The notes under the pieces: model-generated
What the model saw: only the letters and a program-made list of their open reading frames with translations
What the model was told of the DNA's origin: nothing
Databases searched by the model: none
IMG/VR virus record: IMGVR_UViG_3300011115_001056
Coordinates: 1-64,000 of that record
DNA from: a virus
Direction: 5' to 3' (one strand)
Length of the DNA stretch: 64,000 nucleotides
Shown: piece after piece, positions 8,176 through 17,200 of the stretch
Numbering within the stretch: position 1 is the stretch's first letter
How the letters are laid out: each line of letters starts with the position of its first letter
Made by a program: the position numbers and the translations under genes

Positions 8176-10359
8176 ATGATTAAAAAGACTGCATCATCTG
8201 AGATTTTTGATATTTATGCATCAAGAATGATTTCAAAAAGAGCATTGCTTAATAAGGCTGCTGCATCGCCTGTTGGGGCTTTAAAATATATAGAAGAACT
8301 TGCTATAGGAGCCTCCAAGGTAGGAGCAAAAGAATTTGAGACAGCTACAATTGCGGCCCTTGGAAATCCCACAGCCAAAGCCTCGTTAAAAGTTATATCT
8401 GAAGCAACCGAGGCTGAAGCAAAAGGTCTTACAAAAGCTTTGGTAAATTCTTCAAAAATAACAGAAACATCAACGTTAATTCTTGCAAAAGCAGAGCAGT
8501 GTGGATATTCTGGTCTTAGCAGCTCTGATGACTTTTTGAAGGAGTTTTCAAAAGACTTTAAGGCTATGGGCGAAGATATGACAGTTTTAGGAAATACAGA
8601 AGCAGAATTAGCAGCCTTTTATACTAAACATAAAAAAGCAGTAGACTTTTATCAATTACTAAAAAAAGATCCAGAACTACTTCAGGCTTTTAAACAATCT
8701 TCAAAGCTAGGAGAACAACAATTATTACAGGGGGGCAGAGCAATTTCTCAGGCTGAGGCAGAAGCAGCTCATACTGCCGGTGGAGCAGCAAGAGAAGGCG
8801 CTGGTATCCTTGGAAGATGGGGGTCTAGAGCAACCTCCGCTGGAGTTATAGCCAGTAAGGTCATAGGTTTGGCTGCTTTGATTGGAGCAGGTGCCTTTTT
8901 AGCTAAAGGATATGACTCTCCAGTAGGAAAGGCAATAAGAGCCATTTTTTCTTCCCCTGAGTCCGAAAGACACATTAAGGCTGTAAAGGATGCAGTAGAC
9001 TGTATCAATAATATAGATCTTATTCCAGGAAGCCCTGCGGTGGCTGCTAGAGAAAAAATAATTAACAATATTGATATTTTCTCAAAATATGAAAGTGTAA
9101 ATAACATTACTGATCAAAAGGAACTTGTAGATACCGTAGATGCTGCAGGAATAGCATCTCAGGAACTAATGGGAGATGCCTCTACAGAAGGATCTTTCCA
9201 AAACTTCTTAGCCATAATTGCAGAAAATCCTGGAGATAATCTTTCTGGATATTCAGATCTACAGGCCGGTGGGGCTGGGGCGGTGGCAGGCGGGGCCGCT
9301 GGGTTCTTAATGGGAGGTCCAATAGGAGCCGCAATAGGAGCAGGACTAATAGGAACTGCCGGTTGGTATGCTATGTCAAAATATTATAAAAGCGAAATAA
9401 ATTGCATTGGCAATGCTGGGGATGGAATAAAACAATATAACGATCTATTTAAGTCAGTACTAGAAAAAGAAGGAAAAGAGACTTCTCAAAGATCATCTTC
9501 CTCTCAGGGAGCATCTTCCTCTACCATAGGAGAAACCAGTGCAACTCCCTTATTAGAAAATATGGTTGGGGCAATGAGTCAGGAAAAGATTTATAATGTT
9601 CCTGGTCTTAAAAATATATTCTTAAATGAAAAAAAGATTGTATCAAAAATAGTCGAAGAATATGGAGTTACTGAGGCATCAAGATTAATCTCTGGAGCAA
9701 ATCCAAATATAGGCCTTATATTAAAAACCATTTCAAATCCTAATATAAAAGAAACTATAAATGCAGAGACAATATCCGCAAACAAAGTTCTGCAGGATTT
9801 AGCAAAGGCAATTGTCTTTGGGGCCAGAGCTGCAGGAAAGTCCAGCCCGCTTTCTTCTAAAATAATATCTCAATCAAAAATAAAAGAAGATAAAATGAAA
9901 AAAGAATCAAAATCTATTAATAATCAGGAGTTATTACGAAAAGCTGCTCAAGCAAGAGTTTCTTATTTTGGAGACGCCAATTTGGGTCTCAAAGATCAAT
10001 TAACCAAATCATATTATGCTGGCCTTACAGGTATGTATAATGAAAAACCTCCCAAGAGACCCTCTGACTACAAAGATCTCTACGGCTTTCAAGAAGAAAC
10101 CGGACACGATCTTATGGCAGAGAGTCATCCAAAGTCTGTTACTTTAGCAGATGCAATGGGGAAGGGAGGATTGGTAGAAAATAACTTAGAGCAACAACAG
10201 AAGTCAATCTATGTTGCTACAACCACACCCAGTGGTAATTTTCAATCTAAGTACGCCCAAACTGTCAGCTATCTTCAAAAATTAGCTAAGGCAGCTGACA
10301 GTCAAGGCAAGAAAGAAGTTTCAAAACTTATCAATCAGACAATTCAAAAACTAAAATAA
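8176..10359 (+). CDS. Putative head-packaged (ejection-like) protein with glycine-zipper segments
   Basis: 727 aa; hydrophobic Gly/Ala segments at about 8857-8910 and 9268-9375; N-terminal IKKTAS; C-terminal helical motif. Confidence 0.5.
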   Translation: MIKKTASSEIFDIYASRMISKRALLNKAAASPVGALKYIEELAIGASKVGAKEFETATIAALGNPTAKASLKVISEATEAEAKGLTKALVNSSKITETSTLILAKAEQCGYSGLSSSDDFLKEFSKDFKAMGEDMTVLGNTEAELAAFYTKHKKAVDFYQLLKKDPELLQAFKQSSKLGEQQLLQGGRAISQAEAEAAHTAGGAAREGAGILGRWGSRATSAGVIASKVIGLAALIGAGAFLAKGYDSPVGKAIRAIFSSPESERHIKAVKDAVDCINNIDLIPGSPAVAAREKIINNIDIFSKYESVNNITDQKELVDTVDAAGIASQELMGDASTEGSFQNFLAIIAENPGDNLSGYSDLQAGGAGAVAGGAAGFLMGGPIGAAIGAGLIGTAGWYAMSKYYKSEINCIGNAGDGIKQYNDLFKSVLEKEGKETSQRSSSSQGASSSTIGETSATPLLENMVGAMSQEKIYNVPGLKNIFLNEKKIVSKIVEEYGVTEASRLISGANPNIGLILKTISNPNIKETINAETISANKVLQDLAKAIVFGARAAGKSSPLSSKIISQSKIKEDKMKKESKSINNQELLRKAAQARVSYFGDANLGLKDQLTKSYYAGLTGMYNEKPPKRPSDYKDLYGFQEETGHDLMAESHPKSVTLADAMGKGGLVENNLEQQQKSIYVATTTPSGNFQSKYAQTVSYLQKLAKAADSQGKKEVSKLINQTIQKLK

Positions 10360-10376
10360 TTTAGGAGAATTTTAAT

Positions 10377-11039
10377 ATGGCACTCAAACCCCTCACACCT
10401 GGCTACCTTCCACTCGGCCAGTTTGACCTTCTCGATAGCTTTGCAGCCAACTTTGTTGGTGGCGAAGTCGGCGTCTTCACCACACTAGAGTCTGGCGATT
10501 ACTACGCCGCTGACGCTGGTGGCTCCTCTATCACCCCAGACGTAAAAGTAACTGGTGGATCAGTCGATTCCGGCGGCGGCCTTCTTTACGGATTAGTTGA
10601 CGAAGGATCCTCTGGTTACGGCACCTCTTTTGGCACTGTAATTGGTGGAACTGTCGGTCAGGGTACTGGCTTCGCTTCCGGCGTTGCTTCCTCTGGCGCA
10701 TCTGGTATCGTAGTCGTTGGCCCAAGAACCTCTTTCGGCTCTGGCAAGGCAACCCTTTGGACTCAACCCGGTCTTTATGGCATTACCTCTGATGCTTTCC
10801 TATCTGCAACTGTAACGGACCTTCCAACAACCGTAAATACCAAGCTTTATGGTAAGGTAACTGGCGGAGCAACTGCAGGTAAACTTACCAAGGTTGATAC
10901 CTCAAACGGTCGTCAAGCAGCAGTATTTGTAAACACTGTTTCTGATGGCTCCCTAGTTTCCACCTCTGCCGCAGCCGCTACTGGCTCAGCCTCAACCGCT
11001 GAGTACTACGCAGTTTACCTCTTAGGCGTATCAGCTTAA
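10377..11039 (+). CDS. Capsid decoration/cement-like protein (paralog 2)
   Basis: AGGAG RBS, strong codon bias, immediately before capsid gene; LYGLVDE...SGKATLW.QPGLY...NTKLY...GKLT. Confidence 0.65.
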   Translation: MALKPLTPGYLPLGQFDLLDSFAANFVGGEVGVFTTLESGDYYAADAGGSSITPDVKVTGGSVDSGGGLLYGLVDEGSSGYGTSFGTVIGGTVGQGTGFASGVASSGASGIVVVGPRTSFGSGKATLWTQPGLYGITSDAFLSATVTDLPTTVNTKLYGKVTGGATAGKLTKVDTSNGRQAAVFVNTVSDGSLVSTSAAAATGSASTAEYYAVYLLGVSA

Positions 11040-11069
11040 TTAACATAAAGATTAGGAGAATTAAATATC

Positions 11070-12110
11070 ATGTCAAACATCTTTAATACACACGGCGAAC
11101 TTAACGCCGGAAACGTCAAAGAGGCCCTTCAGCAGATCGTAAAATACGCTTCTATGATTGAAGAGCTTCAGCCATCCAATGCAGTAATCGCTTCTGGCCC
11201 ATCACTCAATGATGACCAGCGCGACGAAATGATCAAGCAAGCACTTCTTACTCAGGAAGGCAAAGTAGCTCTTGGTCAGGCAATGGCAACCCCAATTCGC
11301 CGCAACTTAGACTACTCAGGCGTTGGCCGTAAGGCTCTCGTTGTCGATCCACTTCCACAGGGCGCACTTCCAGTCTACGACCGCGACATCGACGTTGCAG
11401 CCGTAGTCATCTCTTCCAATGGTTCCGCTCCAGAAAGCCGTGTATTCGGTGACCGCGTAACTGTTCCAGAGTTCGAAATCGTCAGCAACCCAACCGTCCG
11501 TATCGCTGAAGTCAAGCGTCGTCGTTTCAACGTCATTGACCGTGCCCAGCAGAAGGCTCGTCAGGAAATCCAGGCCCAAGAGGACGCCAACGTCTTTGCA
11601 GCCCTCGACTTCGCATCTGACACCACCAAGGGTGGCGAGAATAGCAATCAGAGACTTGACCTAACCGACACCACTGTCACTGGCAAGCTCTCCAAGAATG
11701 GTATGCTCTCCCTCAAGCGTCAAATTGACCGTTGGGACCTTGTTACCTCCAAGTACTTCATGAACATCAATGAGTTCACTGATATCCTCGGTTGGGAATC
11801 TGCAGGTTCCATAGGCGCTTCTCAGGTTGACCCAGTCACCCAGAGAGAGATCCTTCAGACCGGTCTTTACGGTCAGATCTTTGGCGCAGACATCATTGTC
11901 TCCAAGATTGTTCCTGCTGGCAAGGCTTTCGCCACCGCAGAGCCAGAGTTCGTCGGTGTTATGCCTGTTCGTCAGGACATCGAAGTTCTTCCTGCAGACG
12001 AGCCAAAACAACTCAAACTCGGCTGGGTTGTCTCTGAGATCATCGGCATCGGTATCGTCAACCCACGCGGCGTTGCCGCTGGTACAGTCCAGGGCGCAGA
12101 GTCTATTTAA
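11070..12110 (+). CDS. Major capsid protein (HK97-like fold)
   Basis: 346 aa, AGGAG RBS, strongest codon bias, followed by terminator; PIRRNLDY..VGRKALVVDPLPQGALPVYDRD, VPEFEIVSNP, QAQED, G.IFGADIIVS, LGWVVSE.IG motifs. Confidence 0.9.
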   Translation: MSNIFNTHGELNAGNVKEALQQIVKYASMIEELQPSNAVIASGPSLNDDQRDEMIKQALLTQEGKVALGQAMATPIRRNLDYSGVGRKALVVDPLPQGALPVYDRDIDVAAVVISSNGSAPESRVFGDRVTVPEFEIVSNPTVRIAEVKRRRFNVIDRAQQKARQEIQAQEDANVFAALDFASDTTKGGENSNQRLDLTDTTVTGKLSKNGMLSLKRQIDRWDLVTSKYFMNINEFTDILGWESAGSIGASQVDPVTQREILQTGLYGQIFGADIIVSKIVPAGKAFATAEPEFVGVMPVRQDIEVLPADEPKQLKLGWVVSEIIGIGIVNPRGVAAGTVQGAESI

Positions 12111-12132
12111 TTAATTAGGTAGATACCTCATT

Positions 12133-12166
12133 GGGCCAGGTAGGGAAACTTACCTGGCCCTTTTTT
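12133..12166 (+). terminator. Rho-independent terminator after capsid gene
   Basis: GGGCCAGGTAGG-gaaa-CTTACCTGGCCC followed by T6. Confidence 0.9.
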
Positions 12167-12197
12167 ATGCTAATAGATTTAAAATAAGTGGTGTAAA

Positions 12198-12419
12198 ATG
12201 AACAAAACAAATATGAAAAATAGAATTAAATTTTGTCCTGCTTATGAAAAAAAAATTCTAGAAGCAAAACCCTCATCAGTCTCTAGAAGAGATCCTAATT
12301 TTATTGATATGTCTGATTTTAAAACAGATAATATTATTTCTGACTTTTTTGAATTTGAAAAAGAGCTATCAGAATTAAAGGCATCTAATAAAACTTCAGA
12401 ATCAGATAATGATAAATAA
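12198..12419 (+). CDS. Hypothetical protein
   Basis: 73-aa ORF with GGTG upstream, follows TGCTAAT element. Confidence 0.5.
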   Translation: MNKTNMKNRIKFCPAYEKKILEAKPSSVSRRDPNFIDMSDFKTDNIISDFFEFEKELSELKASNKTSESDNDK

Positions 12420-12537
12420 ATTATTATTCATTGATAATGACAATGATTAGACTCTAAGATACTGATGATATCGTGTTTTCTACTTATATTTTATTAATGT
12501 TATTATAGCAACAAACCGATAATAAAGAAGTGGAAAT

Positions 12538-12765
12538 ATGGAAGAAAAAACTTTTATAACATCAGATCTGTCACTTGCCGCCTTTTTAACAATGAAGGGG
12601 ATTTCTCTTCTTCGTTGTACAAAAACTGCAACTGGAAAGTTTGAATTTATTTTTGAAGATCCAGAGGATAAAGCTCCTGGATTATCAATGAATTATTTAA
12701 ATAGTGATTTTTGTAAATTTGATAATCACGTTAGAACTCTTAAAAAAATGTTATATAAAAATTAA
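12538..12765 (+). CDS. DUF5659-like small protein (possible DNA-binding)
   Basis: F.TSDLSLAAFL..KG..L......GKFEF.F pattern recalled for DUF5659. Confidence 0.6.
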   Translation: MEEKTFITSDLSLAAFLTMKGISLLRCTKTATGKFEFIFEDPEDKAPGLSMNYLNSDFCKFDNHVRTLKKMLYKN

Positions 12766-12791
12766 AAATAATTTTAAAAAAGTAATTTTTC

Positions 12792-12798
12792 TATTAAT
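12792..12798 (+). promoter_or_regulatory. Candidate late promoter TATTAAT
   Basis: Recurrent intergenic TRYTAAT motif, upstream of 12869. Confidence 0.5.
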
Positions 12799-12868
12799 AT
12801 TATGCTACACTTGTAGCAGTTTAGTCATAAGTTAAGTTCAAACAATAAGTATTTTGGAGAACAGCTTT

Positions 12869-14239
12869 ATGGCAAGAGTTTTTCAAACCGGCTTTGAATT
12901 TCCAGGATCTGGAACAGTCATTGCCTCTGGAACATATTCTGGAACTCAGAATATAGGATCAGGCTATGTTCCATCGCTTGGACTTCCAGTAATTTCATCA
13001 GCAAACCCAGTTCATAAAATACCAGCAGGCTATTCTGGTGCACTCACATCACATAAGTCTATAAATGGACTTGGTGGCTCATGCTTTCTTGTACCTTACG
13101 GTTCTAGTACAATAACTTCCGTTGGTAACTTTTCAATACCAATATCTGAAGGGTATATCTCATTTGCTTATAAGCCAATAAGTACTTCTGCTGGATATAA
13201 GATAATAATAAAAAATTCTGCTGGAAATGCAATATTTCAAATACTACATAATGCCGGCGGATTTTCAATTTTAAGTTATGCAGGAGCCTCTCTTGCATCA
13301 TACTCTGCAACAACAATAGACACGACTGTTTGGTCATGGGTCTCTATTGACTTCAAGGTACATCCAACTGATGGCTATATAAAAGTCTATATAAATTCAA
13401 TGCTTGGATCGTCAACACCGACAATTCAAATAACGGGTTATGCGTTTGGTGCAACAGTTGGTGCATACAAAGCATCAATAATTGACATTTATGGTCTAGC
13501 AATTGCCTATGCATATTATGTTGACGATCTTGTTGTAAACTCAAAAAGCATATCATTTATATCTTCATCTGGAGCAGTATCCGCTGGAAATACAGTAACC
13601 GGATCTACAAGTGGAGCGACTGCAATAATAGATTATGTAGAATTATCTGATTCTACATATGGAACAGCAGGAAACGGAAGATTGACAATATCAAGAATAA
13701 CAGGTACATTTCTTGACGGCGAACAGATAAGCAATGGTTCTGGTTGGACATCAGCAATTCAGCTTGCTGGTGGTGGAGAGGCTGGACTAGATTTTAATTC
13801 TGCAAGACCATCAGAGACTTTTGTGCTTGGATTATCGCTTTCTGCAGACAGGGTTATAGAAATGACAGGCTCTGATGGAAATCAGACAAATAATTATGCC
13901 CTACTTAACGAGCAAATTGCTGATGATACAACATTTGTTGAGGCACTTGGCGTTTCTACTGCAATGGATCTTTATGAGCTTGAAGATATAATACAAAATG
14001 CAACTGTAATATCTGCAATATCAATAAATACAAGACTTAAAAAAGCAGGAGATATAAATACTGCAATTCTAGCCGTCGATCTAAATGGAACAACACAATA
14101 CTCTCAAGGAACTCTTGATATTTCAACAAACCTATCTTATAAAAAAAAGCACTCAATTGTTGACATAAATCAGGCAACGAATGATCCATTTTCTAAGCAG
14201 GAGGTAAATGATTTAGCAATAGGTATAAGATTTAAGTAG
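12869..14239 (+). CDS. Virion protein with ConA/LamG-like lectin domain
   Basis: Likely start ATG 12869 (GGAG at 12856-12859); beta-rich; WSWVSIDF...GYIKVYIN...YYVDDLVVN; GNTVTGSTSGATA; C-terminal ATNDPFSKQEVNDLAIG. Confidence 0.55.
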   Translation: MARVFQTGFEFPGSGTVIASGTYSGTQNIGSGYVPSLGLPVISSANPVHKIPAGYSGALTSHKSINGLGGSCFLVPYGSSTITSVGNFSIPISEGYISFAYKPISTSAGYKIIIKNSAGNAIFQILHNAGGFSILSYAGASLASYSATTIDTTVWSWVSIDFKVHPTDGYIKVYINSMLGSSTPTIQITGYAFGATVGAYKASIIDIYGLAIAYAYYVDDLVVNSKSISFISSSGAVSAGNTVTGSTSGATAIIDYVELSDSTYGTAGNGRLTISRITGTFLDGEQISNGSGWTSAIQLAGGGEAGLDFNSARPSETFVLGLSLSADRVIEMTGSDGNQTNNYALLNEQIADDTTFVEALGVSTAMDLYELEDIIQNATVISAISINTRLKKAGDINTAILAVDLNGTTQYSQGTLDISTNLSYKKKHSIVDINQATNDPFSKQEVNDLAIGIRFK

Positions 14240-14248
14240 GAGGTTAGC

Positions 14249-17200
14249 ATGGCTGGAGATGCTAACAATTCACAAGCATTCATTGAGGTTTCTTATGTGG
14301 ATCCTCTTGGTGATGCTTGGCTGGGAGCTCAAATATTTGCAGAGGTTGGAATTGAAACTCCAATTACAACTGGCACTTATGGCTCTGCAGCATATACAGA
14401 AATTGCAATAGTAGGAGAAAATGCTGCAGTAGCTAGCAAGATAAACTTAGAGATTTCATTTGACGGATCTTTAGGTATAACTCAGTCAAATTTTGCGATT
14501 GAAATCGCAGTTCAAGAATCAGTTATAGACCCAATAGATCCTAATCAAGGAAATAACAATATGGCAAGAGCATTTAATACTAAAATTTCAGGTGATCAAA
14601 TCACAGTCGAAGCCCGTGCTGGCGTCGGCACAGGTGGTATTGACACCAATGATGCCGGAGCCCTTAAGGCTGACTGGTCTGTCGTTGCAGACAAATCCTC
14701 CGTTGAGGCTGCAATCTCCGCTGAGGCTGTTACCCGTGGTTCAGCCGACACATCCCTCACAACTCGCGTAAGCTCCGAAGAAGTAACCCGCACCTCTGGC
14801 GATTCTTCTCTTACAGTGGCAGTTTCTGCAGAAGCCTCTTCTCGCGTAGCTGGTGACAGCTCTCTCACTGTAGCAGTTGCTGACGAAGTATCTAATCGTA
14901 CCGCTGGTGATCTATCCCTCACTACACGCGTCTCTTCTGAAGAGTCTGCTCGTACCGCTGGTGATTCCTCTATCGCTCTAGTTGTCAGCGCAGAAGTTTC
15001 TGCCCGTACATCTGGCGATCTCTCCCTCACCAATCGTGTTTCTTCTGAAGAGTCTGCTCGTACCGCTGGTGATTCTTCACTTACAATCGCTGTTTCTGAC
15101 GAAGCATCTTTCCGCGTATCTGGCGATCTCTCCCTTACTGTAGCAGTTTCTAACGAAGAGTCTGCCCGCACTTCTGGTGACCTCTCCCTCACCACCCGCG
15201 TTTCCTCTGAGGAGTCTGCTCGTACTGCCGGTGACTCTTCACTCACAATAGCTGTTTCTAACGAAGCATCTTCTCGTACATCTGCAGACCTCTCTCTAAC
15301 TGGCCGCGTTTCTTCTGAAGAAGTAGCTCGTGCAGGCGCTGACTCTTCTATCATCGTAGTTGTTGATGCAGAGACCTCCGCTCGTACATCCGGCGATCTC
15401 TCCCTCACTAATCGTGTTTCTTCTGAAGAGTCTGCTCGTACCTCCGGTGATCTTTCCCTCACCGGTCGTCTTTCCACCGAAGAGGCTGCTCGCGATGCTG
15501 GTGATTCTTCACTCACGATAGCTGTCTCTAATGAAGCATCTGCTCGTACTTCTGGTGATCTCTCCCTCACCAACCGCGTTTCTTCTGAAGAGTCTGCTCG
15601 TACCTCTGGCGATCTCTCTCTCACAAACGCACTTTCTTCTGAAGCTTCCGTTCGTGGCTCTGCAGACGTATCTCTTACAACTGCAGTCTCTAACGAGGCC
15701 TCTTCTCGCGTAGCTGGCGATAGCTCTCTAGTTGTAGCTCTCGATCTCGAAGCATCTATCAGAGGCTCTGCTGACACCTCCCTCACCTCCCGCGTCTCTT
15801 CCGAGACTGTTGATCGTGCTGCTGGTGACTCCTCTATCATTGTTCGCGTAAGCGTCATCGAAGCCGGCCTTGTTGCCGGTGTTACATGGATGGGTTCTTA
15901 CAATACTGTTTCTGATCTAACTTCTGCAATGATTGCACTTGCTCCAGTACTCAAGTCTGGTGGACCTGCTGCATTCAACGCAGCTGGCGGAACAGGCTCT
16001 GCAGTAATGGAAGGCTGGGCATACTACGTCAAGGGTGGTAACGACGCATACATCGTTGTTGCAGATCCAGATGGCGATCTCTCCATCTCTGGTTGGACCG
16101 GCTTCTCTCTCGTTAAGTTTGCAGACTTTGCCGAAATGGCAGGAATTGAGTCCAGCATAAACTCCAGAGTTTCTACCGAAACTTCTTCTCGTATTTCTGC
16201 TGATTCATCTCTCACCAGCCGCCTCTCTTCTGAAGAATCCGCTCGTACTGCTGGTGATTCTTCTCTAGTTGTAGCTCTCGATCTCGAAGCATCTATCAGA
16301 GGATCTGCTGATTCCTCCATCGTTGTAAGCCTCTCTTCTGAGTCTTCTAGCCGTGTTGCTGCTGACGGATCTCTCGCTACTGCAGTCTCTAACGAGGCTT
16401 CCAGCCGCGTAGCTGGTGATAGCTCTCTAGTTGTAGCACTCTCTGATGAGGCTTCTCTCCGTACTTCCGCTGATAGTTCCCTCACCAGCAGACTCTCCTC
16501 TGAAGAGTCCGCCCGCACTGCTGGCGATTCCTCTGTAGTAGTTCTTCTCGATGCTGAGGCTTCCCTCCGCACTGCTGCTGACTCCTCTATCATGGTTCTT
16601 GCTTCTGCAGAGACCTCCAATCGTATCGCTGCTGATGGTTCACTCACCACCAGACTTTCCGATGAAGAAGTTTCTCGTGCAGGCGCTGACTCCTCTATCA
16701 TGGTTCTTGCTTCTGCAGAGAAGTCCGAGCGTATTGCTGCTGACGGCTCACTCACCACAAGACTCTCCTCTGAAGAATCTGCTCGCACTGCTGGCGATTC
16801 CTCTGTAGTAGTTCTTCTTGATGCTGAGGCTTCCCTCCGTACTTCTGCTGATTCCTCTATTGCAGCTGTTGCTTCTGCAGAGAAGTCTGAGCGTATTGCC
16901 GCTGATGGTTCTCTCACAACTCGCCTCTCCTCTGAGGAGTCTGTCCGTGGTTCTGCCGATGTATCTATAGTTGCAGATCTCTCCTCTGAAGCAAGCTCCC
17001 GTGTTGCTGCTGATGGTTCCCTCACAACTCGACTCTCCAATGAAGAATCTGCTCGTACTGCTGGTGACTCTTCTCTCCATGTTTCACTCTCTAACGAATC
17101 AGCCTTCCGTGTTTCTGCCGATGGTTCCCTAACCACTCGTCTTTCCTCTGAAGAGTCAACTCGTAATTCAGCCGACGTATCCCTCACAACTCGTGTTTCA

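Noticed and set aside
12810-12850. Short AGTT/AAGT iterations upstream of the lectin-like gene
   Set aside because: Too short and degenerate to distinguish from AT-rich background
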